DNA from: Raillietiella orientalis
Taxonomy: Eukaryota
Assembly: GCA_036172245.1 (NCBI GenBank)
Contig: JAYWIR010000009.1
Coordinates: 1,798,001-1,862,000 of the forward strand
Reading direction: 5' to 3'
DNA length: 64,000 nt
This document shows, in pieces, positions 37,852 to 50,399 of the stretch. The translations under genes were made by a program, and so were the position numbers. The notes under the pieces were generated by a model that ran no database searches, had not been told where the DNA came from, and saw nothing but the letters and a program-made list of their open reading frames with translations. Within the stretch, counting starts at the first letter, position 1, and each line of letters starts with the position of its first letter.

Positions 37852-40800
37852 GGTTTATCACCTGGATGTGCCGGGGCATTTATTATTATAATTTTTTTAT
37901 AAAATTACGTCAAGTCTATAGATAGTTTCTGTCGTGGTAGAACACTTGGTTCTACCACGCTTGAAGACTTGTCTTGACCCGGTGCTAAGACTGGCGAGGT
38001 GCTCTCCTGAGGCGCAGAGGAAGGAGAAACCCAAACAGAAAAAGCAACAAAAAGAAGGATAATAGGGAGGAAAATGTTTTTTGGGGGAAGGGAGGGCAGG
38101 AAAGGGATCATTATACGTTTGGATCGGTCCTCTGCATCCTATCCAGGATGCTGATCCTGTTCTGTTTTAATACTGGGTAATAGGCGCCACCTTGTCGCGG
38201 CCTCCAAAAAGACCGTCGTCCAATGGATGGAGTCCCTGATTCTCTGGCCTCTTCTAGCGTTCCACCTCTCCAGGGTGCCGCGAGAACACAGCAGAGGACT
38301 GCTAAAGACGCAGAGCTCACCCCAGCGCTCACCTTGAGGCGGGACGCTCGGGGTGGCAGCGTCCGCTAGCTCCCGAGTCGTCCACGCCTTTAATGGTTTT
38401 CTCCTGCCTCGGATGAGGCAGGACACTTCTCACGATGCTCTCTCGTTGCTGTCCAGAGTGGTGTCGTGTGTCAGATGACGCTTTTCCTGATCGACTTCCC
38501 CTATCGATGTGCTTGAAATTTCATCCTAGTTTTCTTCCGATAAAGAAGAATAGCTTCTGGATCCGTAAGTGTTCTTCCCGCGTGACCTTCCTCTCGATTT
38601 CAATTGCAAAATCCAGCGTGGAATCGATATTTCCCTCCGGAACCCGTTGAAGGCTGCGAGAGAGAAAATCTCAAGGGACAAGACACGAGTGATTCCCGGT
38701 TTTCCGGAAGAACCGAAACCAACTTGCTTGGCCGATGGTCGCGAAATCTGTTGGATTTCCTTTCACCTCGAAAGAGCAGTCGTCGAAGCGCCAGCCGCTG
38801 TCGTGCTCGGGTGCTGCGCGCGTCAGCTTAGAAAGGCTGCTGACGGACAACAAGTATTTGAAAGCGAAGATTCATTTCCCCTTTACAAACCCTTCACGTG
38901 GTTGAAGGGGCGGGCAGCCTCCTCCGAAAACTCTGGGATCGATCCACCCCTTGACGACCACGCACTGGAAGGGCAAAGTTCGCACCTTCGGGGCACACAA
39001 CACCGGTTCGCAAGCACCCGCAGCATTCCCCAGAAATGGAATTCGGACACGCGACCTTCCTCACAGAGTCCACCGGCTGGCTAGCTGAAGCGGCTGGGCC
39101 CTTGCGAAGGAAAGCGCATCGTGGGCCCCCACGCTGCTTGGCCCACATTGGCCCACCGCCCGCTCTCCTTCGAACGTACTTCTTGACTTGCCCTGTTGCT
39201 TCTCAAGTCGTTTTCGAGCCGATCTCTGTTCCTGCCTTGGAAGGAACCGAACTTTGTCAGTTCGATGAGCTTTCGCGTCATAACCACTGCATCTTCCGCC
39301 ATTGCCACCGTTTTTACGCAGGACGTACCCTGGAAGCGCAGTGCCAGACTCGACCCTCCCTTCCAAAACCAAGCAAATCTTTGCGCGCTCATCTTGGGGA
39401 GCAGAATTTTGAAACCAGTCGAAATCTCGGGGTGGACCTCCGTTGCGCAAGCGCAGTTGCGAAAACATTCTGCTTGTCGCATACAGCTCTCTCCGACAGA
39501 CTAGTGACAGCTCACAAAACAGGAAAATTTCTTCTCTCATGTGTGTGGGTGCCACCGAAAGGAGACATCAAATGGTGATTGGATTGATTTGACGGGAAGT
39601 ATCTGCTTCCAGGTCCAGCAGCTTTTGCCACACCTTTCTTATTTGCGTTCGTTACTCGATGCATTTTTTCGAGATCCATTAAGATGATCAGACAACTTGA
39701 AGACGGTTCACCACCTCCAAAGGCCTCTTTGTTAATTGGCAGTACCTTCCGATTTTCTACATCGATGAACCTTTTCTGCTACTGCCAAATGAAAGCGGCT
39801 GCTCCACCAACAAGTCCACCAACACTGACCATCACCGAAACTGAGACCAGACACCAAAGTTTATCGATTTTTGTTGCGATGAAAGCAAATGCAGACGAAA
39901 CGTTCTTTTCCTTCTTAATTGTATTCCATTCACTGGATGCTGCACCTCGCACTCTTGAGGCTCATGCTGGAAGTCAGCTGCAACCGAAGACTTCCCTTGA
40001 AAAGTCCGTGAACGCGAAGGCTTTCTATTGGTCCCGAGCATCAGTGATGGGAAGAAATGACATCAGCTTGCTCCAGCACTTGGCGCTCGGGAAGAACAGA
40101 GTTCCTTTTTCCCAAAAGATCTGTTAATTTCAGCGTGATTAGGGGAAGGGATGGACTGCCAGCTAAAGCGGGGTGGGCGCCTTCCGGTTCGAGACGTCGG
40201 AAAGACGTGAAAGACGTGAAAGGCGAAACGTACCGAGCACCGAGTTCCAACACACTCCGCAGGCAACGGTGAAAGAGAAGCAAAACCTTGCAGGTGAGTT
40301 GGCAAGAAGATGCCGCGAAAGAATGCCAACGGCGTTCATGGGCATCAGATTACGTTCGGAAAGATTCTGGACGAAGAGAAAGTTTCGTGGTGACTTCGGC
40401 TCGCATCATTTCGAAAAATGTTCTGCAAGGTGGAGGTGTCGAAAGAACGCAAACCTTCCGGTGGAAACTCGTGGATTTTAAAGATGCGCCAGCATGAAGG
40501 AGAAAAAAGGAAAGAAATTTAAAATGCAAGGAATTCTCGCGGAAGGTTTTTGTTTTGCTCCGAATCATAGGAGAGGCGCCGGGATGAAAAGTAGTTGCGC
40601 AGCAGATTTGTCAAGGGCCCTCAGCATCCGGAGTTCTCTACCGCACGCTGTCTCCATCAACCACGGGTGCAGGACGGATTGGCGCTATAGGCTTGTGGTC
40701 GAACTCCGGTTCAATCAAACCCGATAAGCGATCCCATCTCCCGGAGATCCTGCTTCTTCAGGGACAGCGTCACCGAAGGAATGCTGGAATCATGAGGGAT

Positions 40801-41900
40801 TCAAATTGAACCCTAGAAGGGCCACGCGACGATGCCGTGCACAAATGTGGTGCCATAAAGGACACCGATTGACATTCTATAGAGATTTAACAATTTTTCA
40901 TCTTGTCCATGAACGACAATTCTCTTGACAAATGGTTTGATGAGTTCTTTGCACATTCGCAGCATAAAGCTGTTGGCCGCCTGTTTGCAACAGCTACGCT
41001 TTTCTCTTCCTTTCCGGTTGACTGGAACGTGGGCACATTTCGCAGCGCTTACGCACGGAGAAAGCTTCCTGCGGAACACCTTGAGGAACATCTTGAGGAA
41101 CATCTTTATTTCGTACGCATAGCATCGCATCTCGCACAGAACGAGACAAATTTTTGCATCGCAACCAGCGCTCCACGTGGGGTGCTACGAGCTCGTATCC
41201 TCAATTGGAAAGAAACACTTTTCCGGAAACGACTGCATAACTTGGATTTCCAAGGCAACGAACGTCGAACATTCCATAAAAAGCTCTCAAAGGCCGTCCA
41301 CATCACTTTCATCAGCGTCTCGTACGCTCTCTGCTTCCGAATTTCCGTCTCCATCAGGCGACAACTCTTCTCAATTCGTTTCCCCTTCCAATCAACCCTT
41401 CCCGTTCATTTTGCGTGGAAATTCGGACACGAGCGGCCACGGGTGCACATTTGGACACGTAACGTGCCGTGTACGACACGATCGGGCACGGAATGAAACA
41501 AAACCGCCCGATGTGCACGCCATTGCGGTTGCAGGCACACGGAAGGCCTCGTGGCAGGTGGGTGGCTAAAACGGCACGCTCGCAACACGGAAGGCCTCGT
41601 GGCAGGTGGCGGGAACGGCACGCTTGCAACACGGACCGTGGCAGAGCGCATTTTCGGTGACGCCACATTACCTTCCTTCTAGGATCAGGTTCGGGCTGCT
41701 CGCTGTTCTCACTGTTGTCTCCCTTCGGAGGGCTGTTACCACCAGGCTCGAAACCCTCTCGAGTCCTCAAGGCGCCGTGAATGAAAATGGCGACCGGTGG
41801 ATGTTGCGTTCCCGACTCCGGGAGCACAGCACCTTTGGCGCTAGCGAAATTGTGGAATTCCTCGGCTTCTCCTGGGGATATACTGCCGAGTAGGGCGTAG
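37852..41900 (-). mobile_element. Decayed L1/Tx1-like element(s): 3' UTR, ORF2 tail and degraded RT
   Basis: 3' UTR homology (37852-38150); RELADAATPSVPPQGERWGEL (38310-38375); degraded RDQ*KAF (~40020-40035) and RWHSFAA..QLTCKVLL..RCLRSVL (~40250-40330). May be two adjacent elements. Confidence 0.6.
41536..41645. repeat. ~47-50-bp tandem duplication, just over two units
   Basis: ACACGGAAGGCCTCGTGGCAGGTGG...AACGGCACGCT(C/T)GCAACACGGA occurs twice in tandem. Confidence 0.85.
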
Positions 41901-42349
41901 TCGGTTTATCCCAGAGGATCTCTTGCTTAACTTCCCGAAACGCCTCCCCTCGTATGATAGAAGCCCTTTGGGGTTCTTTCTGCTTCCCTGGCTTCCTTCT
42001 AGCTATTTTTTTTTCTTTTCTTCGATTCGATAAGCACTGGAGGACTGTTCGCTTGGGGGCTCACGAAGCACAGCTGCCCACGCCTCCCGAGGGTGCGTGC
42101 AACTCTTCAAGTTAGGGGGTGCTCTGGGAGGGGATCGCCTCTTGCTTATTCTCTCTGGAGGGACCCTCCGGTTTGTGGTCACCACTCCTCGTTTCTTCTC
42201 CGAAGGGAACACGGAAGGAATCTATGCCCGGAATTTCTTCTCCAGAGGGACCGCTCCTTGTTTCCTCCTCTTCTGGGGAGAACCCCCGAAGGGATGCTTC
42301 CGGATTTCTCTGGAAGGCGCTCCCCGAAGGGAGCGGCGCGCTTCTTCGC

Positions 42350-43000
42350 CGCACTCTGGAGAGGAGGTAGTATCCACCAGCTTCCTGGTACGCGACGGGT
42401 GGCCTCCCGTCGAATTGCACGCCCGCGACCGCGCACCCTTGAGACTTCCACTCGCTCCCTTCCAGAGGAGCGTCCCGCGCAAGCTGCTACTCCGCCTGTG
42501 GAGCGCACGGAAGGAGCCCCAAGGGAGCTCCTTCCCGGAGAGGAGGCTGTCAGTCGCTGACGCTCCGCACGTGTTGTCTGCAGGCAGTCTCCGTCGGTGT
42601 GTCGGGTGGGAAGTTCTTTTGCGAGGACGCACCTTGAACTCTTCTTCGTTTGCATGCTTTGTGGGCAGCCGAACCGAGGTCTCCGCGGCGCTTCAGCCGC
42701 ACTGCTGCTGACCCTGGGAGGACTCGTACCTGCAAACATTGCCGTCATCGGCAGTCACCGTCTGCCACGTGCCGAGCTGTCCCTTCCTTGGACCACGAGG
42801 CAGCTAGAGCTTCAGGCGATGACGACTTCCTCAATCCACCCAAGCACCGGTCAGTTGCCGTTCCTCGTGTTCCTTCTGCACTCTTTTTGAGGGAGGGAGG
42901 GCGGGGGCTGATGAAGGGAGTACCCAATTCCCTGGTCTCCAAGGGCGTCTACCCAGGTAACCGGAAGATCCAAGAGTTTCGACTGCCTTGAAGTTATCCA
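42350..43000 (+). mobile_element. Diverged + strand ORF2 C-terminal fragment related to the same LINE family
   Basis: DGWPPV..., FQRSVPRKLLLRLWS, DAPHVLS..SLR, RTHLELFFV..AALLLTLGGLV are collinear with LKWPPV, QHWGLPCNARRHHWT, ESLPHLLV..ALR, RDALKALFV..AALCCLRGIV of the 63447 frame. Confidence 0.5.
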
Positions 43001-43364
43001 GTGGAGCCTACGAGTCCACGTGAGGAATGGCATCCCTTGGATCTGCCTGGCTGCTTTACTGCCATCTGATTCGACTACGACCTCTTTTTCAGCTGAAACG
43101 ACAAGAGATGAAAAAAATTCCGTTGTTTTTTTCTTTCTTTCTTGTTTTATTCATCCCTCGACTTCACTCCTGGTCTATTTCCTAAGACCTGCAACACCAT
43201 CTCCTGAGGCCGAAGAGCAGCGGGTGGCATCCGGAAAGGTGAGGGGATGGGGGTGCTGTGAGTTGCATTGCTTTGTGGGTCCGTGATGGCTCTGAAGCTT
43301 GGTAATGAGGGAACAATGAAGAAGACAGACAAGGCGCAGAAGAATATAGCGAAGTGAGACAAGA

Positions 43365-45400
43365 GGTTTTTCACCCAGTTTCCAGGCATTTATTATTGAA
43401 ATAATAATAATGCGTCTTTGTGGTGGAACCCTTGGTTCTACCACGCGCAATGAACCTGCCGAAGAGCGGTGAGAAGACCAGCGAAGTCCTCTCCGGAAGC
43501 GTGGGGAAGGGGAAAACATAAAAATACCAAAAAGGGGAGGAAAAATTATACACGTAGAGGGGGGCAAGGGCAACGGAAAAGGGATCACAGTAAGCTACCA
43601 GGAGTCCTCTGCGTCCTGCTAGTTACCTGGGTAGACGCCCTTGGGGACCAGGGACTTGGGTACTCCCTTCAGCATGCTGGAGAGTTCTGTTCAGATAGTG
43701 CCCGGGTGGACCATCTCGAGGAGATCCTCAGGAAGATCCGCGTCCAGTGGATGGCGTCCCTGCCATTTCAGCCTCTTCTTCTGGCGTTCCAGGCCGCCGT
43801 AATCCTGCGAAGGTAGCAGAGGACCGAGAGGGACGCGGCTGGTGGCGGTAGTACGCAGCACGCACGAAGAGGAGTCTGAAAATGTCCCTGGGTCCGCCCG
43901 CCGGGATACCTAGGCGATCGTCGCCAGGAGATCCCAAAGCAATCGGACGGCAGCACAGTCCACCAGCAGGTGCCGGAGGGTCTTCTTCTTCCCTCATCTG
44001 TCGCACTGAGAGTGCCCCCTTCCCCCTCGTGGTCAGTGGCGAAGGCGCACTTTGCACGGGATTCCCCCATGCAACACCAGGAACTCCGACTCCTGCCACT
44101 TGAGTGGGAGGACACCACTGTTCCAGCACGCTGGGGTTCAGTTCACTTCCTCCAGAGGGATGCCGAGCAGCTCCCCCCAGCGTACAAGTACCTGGGGTGG
44201 GACACTCGAGGTCGCAGCGCCTTCACTTCCCGAGTTGTCTACGCCCCGATACTTTCTTCTTCGTTGCAGTGCAGCATGTTATTTCCCACCTTGCAACAAG
44301 AAGAGGAAGGAGGGTTTATCCCATCCGCATCTACAAGGTTTCAAAGCGAGTGCATCCCGTTTCGGGCATCTGGAGAAAGGCCATGCCGATCGTGAGCAGC
44401 TCCACAAATGACGTTTTCGAGAGCACTGCAGCAGAAGCGCCCTGCCTGTCCCAACACCACAGGCGCCCGACCATCACCAGCCGGGATGTGCAGACAGCGG
44501 TGGGCCCGAAGCACCTGCCAGGCACGCGCGCTCGCAGAAAGCTGTGCTCCCGTTAGCCCGTGATTTGAGGTAGCCGCTCCAGTGGGGTGGAGGGGAAGAC
44601 GCCACCATCCTCTCCGTCCTTCCGTTGCTGCAGGCGTGGTAAAGGCTGAGGGGCAAAACAGCACCAGTAGGGGGGCATCGTGCGACCAGATGGAAAGACT
44701 GACCTCGTTGGGGGTTGATCTCCAGGAGATGCGACACTCCTCTTTCCCCAGAAGGGCTGTAGGGGGGAGGATGCAGTTTCTTTGAGGTGGCTTCACTCCT
44801 TTCATCTGCCTCTTGGCACTTGAAATATGAGCTTAATGGGCTCTCGAGACAAGGAAAGACGGCGCTGCCGTCGTAAGCGGAAGGTGATGATTAAACATAA
44901 TAGAGAAGCAATAGATAAATGTTGTGATGGCTTTGTTGCCCTTTGGCAGAGAGGTCGCGCACAAAGCGACCCCTCCCAGACTGAAACACTTTCGGGCCCG
45001 CGGCATCAGTTGCTTCGGGAGGAAGAAGGTGAACGAAGAGACTGCTGCTTGAAGATTTCCCCCCTCCGAGTAGACAGACGAATCGGATGGCCAGCACGAG
45101 GCGCATCCCTAGTCGAGCCAAACAGCGGGAGATCCGACCCTTCGCGAGGCCGCCGTGGTATCCTGTGCTCAATGCTGGTGTCTGTGTAGCTCCTGCCTGG
45201 ATCACCGAAGGCACGTCGCATGGATGGAGTCCACTCTGTCCACGGGCGTAAACGGGAGGAAGCGCATCTGCTGGGGTTTGCGGGTCGTCGATGAGTGCGG
45301 CGCCGACGGGTTCAGTTGGGTTGCGCTTGGAGTCAGCTCTCCGGCTCCAAGGGGGAGGAGGAGGGCGGCTCAGCGTCCGCCGCGGTCAGCAGTCCCATCT
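43365..45400 (-). mobile_element. Decayed L1/Tx1-like element 3' portion, same family
   Basis: Minus-strand AATSSVPPQVLVRWGELLGIP...GVLPLKWQES..VLHGGIPC...LRHLLVDCAAVR (43940-44220); 3' UTR aligns with 37852-38111 and 60275-60540. 5' boundary uncertain. Confidence 0.75.
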
Positions 45401-45449
45401 CGAAGTATCTCTTCGGCATCGGAAGCTCCATCAGGAGACACGAGGTGGA

Positions 45450-48400
45450 GAAAATCCATGGGACAAGAGAAGACAAAAAGACTCACCCCAGACTGACTAT
45501 CCCTGATGATTTCTCTCGTTGTCGAAGAGCGTCGGCTCCGGCAGCGGCGGTTGTCCTCGCAGGGCGATGGTCCATCAGTCGTGCGAGAGTCTCACCACGA
45601 AGGGGATGCCCATTGCGCGCTGGAAGAGCGGAGGATGAACGCTGTCTTCGAAGTCATCGTGCACAGGCCCTCAGGAGTTCGACCCCCTATTCAGGAGGGC
45701 GAATCTGCCGTGGAAAGCATATGGCGCTGGACGAAATCATGCAGATCCTCGTCGCCTGTCACGAATGCTGTTCAGGACAGACACCCTTCTCCTCCTCCAG
45801 CGCCAACGCGGCTCGTCCTCTTTAAAAGAGAAACTCGCAGTTGGACTCGGCCACTGTGCACCGCTGGAGGGCCAAGGGCTCCACGGCAGCTACAGACATG
45901 TGCTTCAAACCAAGGCACATGTCCATCAACCACACAGTCATCACTGGTTGACAAAGCCTCCTTTCCTAGTCAACTCCTCAGCTTTGATCCAAGTGCAGCC
46001 TCCTTTACCTCAGCCAATCAAACAACGCATCACTCTTTCACGAGAAGGAGCAGCATTTCGGCTGGTGTATTCAGAGGCTTTAGACAGCATTGCGGACGAG
46101 GCGATGACGTGGCGTCCTCCACTTGCTGAGGCGTTCATTCAGCCTATTCACGATGCACGGACCATCTTGGTGGTAACCTGGCTACCTGAACTATACTCCA
46201 AAGATGCTCGCGGCACCTTGGAGGCGGTGAGTACCTCACACCCACCGACTCCGCTTGAATGGCCTCGTAAAGTTTCCGTTGCTTTGCGGCTCTCATGCGT
46301 GCCATCCTTGGATCGCGAACGGAGCATCTGCATCATCTTTCTTTCCACAGAGGCTACGCAGAACTCACGGCATCGGACGTGTCCCCAGCATCTGTTACTG
46401 GCGCGCGCGCGCATGAAAAAGTGTCGAAAGCACTCCTCGTGTTCGACGAATCCTAAGCATTCCTGAGGAAGTCTCTGGAGATTTGTTGAGCATCTTGTGT
46501 TATGGGGGCAGCACAAATTTTTAGGTGTCAGTCGGCTTCAGGATGCGACTTTGAATTTCAGATCCGACATTTCTGGAAGACCTTTGAAAACCAGCCAAAG
46601 AATCCATCTCACAGCGATGGGAGCTTGTAACCTGAAGCAGTTCCCGTACTTCAGCACAATCGTGGAAGACCAACGTTTTTGGAAGTTGGGACTCCATCGA
46701 AGGCATTCTTGAACGCAGTCGATGAAAAATCTTTGACCTTTCCCTTTCCTACTTTTCGTTTCTTGGGAGGTAGAGAATTCCTGCATCCAGTGCTTGGTCT
46801 CTTAGAATTCAGATCTCCGAAACCCACAGTGTGGTCACGGGACCCACCATCATGCCTTGGATTCGGGGAGCTTTTAGCCTCTCTGAATCGGTGGAATCAT
46901 CCAAGAAAAGCGCCGACTGACGCTTAATGCTGCGAGCACCAAAGGGCACGCGTGCAGAAGTGAGAAGCCTCCACGAGGCTTCTCACTTCTGCACGCACAT
47001 TTCCAAACCTCCACGAGGATTCTCGAACGTCCTGCGGCGTTCGAGAACACTGATCTGCGCAGATCTGTACGTTTCGACTTTCCGCTTCGTATCGCCACAT
47101 CTTGTGTCATCACATCCTCGGGGCTAGGCGCACACCATATTCACTTCTCGTCGAGGTACCTCCAATCAAGGACTTCGGCCCGGTGCCTTCAACGGCGAAC
47201 TACTTAGAAGATTCTTCCTGTAGCCACCCATGATATGTCCTTCAGGAACAGACTTCTTCCGAGAAACTCAGAGCACAGTCACCTCGCTCACAAGAGGACG
47301 TTGTGCCCAACGTGCGCGACCTGGGTGTCCTTGTGAGTTGAGCGGCTTCTGAACCTGTGAGCTCAGTTTTCAGTTTCATCACCCCGCTCAGACCCGTCCA
47401 GCATCCTTCGACTGAAGAACTCACTCGGCAATCGGAGCACAGGGAACGGATCCACGAGCGGTCACCGAAATTTGTAGGAAGGTTCTGGACCCCAACGGCT
47501 CATGGTCTACTCGAGCATCCTTTGCGAGGAGTGAGTTGTAAGATGATGTGTCTTCAGAAACTTTGTCCTCTCATCTCTTGCATCGGTGACTCTTTTTTCC
47601 CTGGAAAATTCGACATAATCTCTTCCTCTCCCGTCTTTCTTTGATGGAGGCAGCGATTTCAAGTCGCTAAAGGCGTGCTGCCTGCACCTACCCAGGCGAA
47701 ATGAGAGCAGAAGAGATCTGACGTTCTCAGTTGACGTGAGAGACAGCAAGTTGAAACCCGGGCTCTCGAAGGCATCCCGGAGCAGCAGAACGGAGCTCCG
47801 CGTGACCGCATATTTATTTTAGAACCTGGACAAGGAGAATATCCAGAAACTTCGCTTTCGACGAGCCCACCGCCGAGAAATGTTCTTCTCTACTTGAAGG
47901 TTTCGTCAGCAAACTCGAAAGTGCGTAAGCAAAGATCAGCCAACGCTTCAAAACCTTCGACGAGGGAAAACCGCATGGAATCGGCGCCATCCTCGCTCTG
48001 AACGAAGGCCACTCTGTTTCACGCCCAGATTTCGCCAACAGCTGGCATTCCGTTTCAGGATACAGAAAGGAAATTTCCAAGGAAACTCGCATGTCAGCGA
48101 GTCTCAGAGCTCGTCTGAGGTCTTCCTGACCACATTCATGAAAGACAGGGCAGTCTGCTCCGTTGGAAACCGAGTGCTTGGCTGGGAGTAACTTTGACCT
48201 CAGCTTTTGCCTTTCGCCATGGAAACGCAAACATCGAAACCGCTGTTTTTATGGAAGGAGATGGAGAGAAATCTGTTACGATTTTCTTGATAGTTGCAGA
48301 GGAAAAGACACGAAGATGTGCTCCTCCAACCACGTGCTGCTTTTCTCAGCCTCCGTGAGTGGCTGAAAGGAGGCTCCAGCAGTAAGCGCTTAGTTGAGAG

Positions 48401-49550
48401 ACTTCGGTTCCATCCCGCCTTCTTTCGTCGCTGCTGCATGAGACCACAGCCACCCAAATGACAAAATACTTGGTCACCCTTTTGTCCCTTCAGAGGCGAA
48501 CATTCCCTGAACGTAACTCGTAGGAGCAGACAATACCACGGCTCGCGTGGCTCCCTACGATTCCAGCAAACTTCGTCCAACGCTCGGTTTCCACGGACGG
48601 CGTGGTGTGGTAGCGCGGGGTTGCTGATGTGGCGTGTCATGCAGTGCGATTCCGTTCCCATAGCTCCCATTTTTGATTTTGAAAGCTCTCCCTCCCCCCC
48701 CCCCTTTCTCGTACTCCCATTTATTCATTTTGAAGAGACGGCAGAGAATTGTGATGTCATTTCTTTTCCTCTGTACTGAAAGAAATCGCACAAGCGGAGC
48801 GGAGAGAGCCCTCATTTTCGTCCGATTCCGTTATGAGGTTAATGAAGAAGAAAATGGAGCCATGTCGCTTCCAACCTGACCAAACAAAGACGGCACAATG
48901 CGCTCAAATGCTGCCACTATTTCACCTTACATAGGTGGGCACGTTGGATCACCACCTCGGGATTCCGGGAATGGGGTTCCCCCCCCCCTGGTCGCATTGT
49001 CTGGTAGAAAAGAAAAAGCAAAGTGCATCGTCGTAGCTAAGAAACAAGCAAAGAACAGGAATGAAGCCCAGCAGGGGATGATTCGTGTTGAAATCTGTGA
49101 TTGCAACGATGCCGTGGACAGCATCTTTGGTAAAAGAAATGCATTCTTACAGGAGGAATGCAGTCTGTCGATCTAGGATGAAACTTATCTCAGGAACCCA
49201 GGACTTAGGTGTGTGCGCAAAGAGCTTTGAGTCCTGACAGCGAGGTCATTGCCAAGATCTCGCAAGTAGTTAAAAGACTGCTCAGTAGAGACGGAAGCTG
49301 AGAACACGAAAAGCCAACATTGGCAACCGATGAACGGTATCTCTTTAGTCCTGCTCAACGGGAACGAGCTAGACTGACAGGGAACGCACGCGTTCCCTGC
49401 GTAAATACGAGCAGTCGTATATTTCACAGCGCTGCTGCTGAGTGGTCCAAATTTCCATTCCATCGCTCTTGTGAAAATCCAAGGAAACTGCTCGTTTCTG
49501 TTCCTTTTTATGGAGAGGAAAACAAGCTGTTTTTCTTTTTTTTTCAAAAA
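45450..49550 (-). mobile_element. Highly decayed near-complete L1-like ORF2 (APE endonuclease-RT-zinc finger)
   Basis: Minus strand in order: RIYAGN (49392-49409, cf. xYAPN), SS*IDRL (49163-49183, cf. SRIDR), ALFLDDST (~46895-46915, cf. YADD), GVGGCEV (~46240), EDSVHPPLF (~45620-45650). Confidence 0.5.
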
Positions 49551-49622
49551 AAAAAAAAAAGAAGTTGCAGTCTAAATCTAAAATTCTATTTTGGGACTCT
49601 TCGCTATTCAATGAAACCCAAG

Positions 49623-50376
49623 GAAAAATGTGTCCTGCCGATCGTAATTTTAGCTGTGGATCATTTTAACCTCACTCGCAACTCTGCGGGATGATTGATG
49701 GACGTTGCGAAACGGATGGCTGCCACGGCCGGCGGGCGAGGCTGCTGCGATGAGTCGCGTGCTGTCAGAATGCAAGAACGACCACGCGCTCCTCCGTTCG
49801 CTCGCTGACAGCGCGAGAGCGTCTGTGCGTCCGGTGCGCAAGCGCCGTTCTGCTCCCGTTGGCGCGCGCGCACGCCCCCGTCGGCGCGGAAGGCACTTCG
49901 GCCCATGCGACCACGTCTGCCCCCCGTCGGACGACGCGGATGGCTCGCAGCTGCACGACACGCGGGTTGCTTCGGTATGTCTTCGGCCCTCCGCGTCGGT
50001 CGGTCCGGGGTCGCGCCGTCGGATGTCCTGCGAGAGGCCGGACCTCGTCCCGGCGCGGCATCGCTGCCCGCCCGCCCTTCCCTCTCTCCGGCGCGGCCCT
50101 GCACTGCCGCCGACGCGGAGCAGCGCCCTTTCGGGAGCCCGCGAAAGGACGCTGGCGGACGTGCGTCTCCGGCGCTCCAGGCCCTCTCCGGGAACGCGTT
50201 CCCGTCGGTTCCCGTCGGTTCCCGTCACGCGAAAAAAGGGGTGGGCGTGCCGGAAGCGTTGCGGGAGGGAGCACGGAATGCTGGAGACGGATGCTCACCG
50301 AAGCCTCGAGATCCCACTCCCTCAAAATAGATGGATGCTGGCAGATACGGGGCGAGGAGGCTTATCAAGTGGCCTC
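49623..50376. repeat. 754-bp dispersed direct repeat, copy 2
   Basis: Same sequence and orientation as 29611-30364; flanks diverge abruptly on both sides. Confidence 0.95.
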
Positions 50377-50399
50377 TGCACTCGAGCTTTCTAAATTCG

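Noticed and set aside
42908..42965. Hammerhead ribozyme (CTGATGA followed by a stem-loop)
   Set aside because: The stem is followed by GGTC rather than the required GAAA, and no stem III or cleavage triplet can be built.
29611..50376. Interpretation as one intact LTR retrotransposon between the two 754-bp repeats
   Set aside because: The interior holds host exons and old LINE fossils, with no gag/protease/integrase and no flanking target-site duplication.
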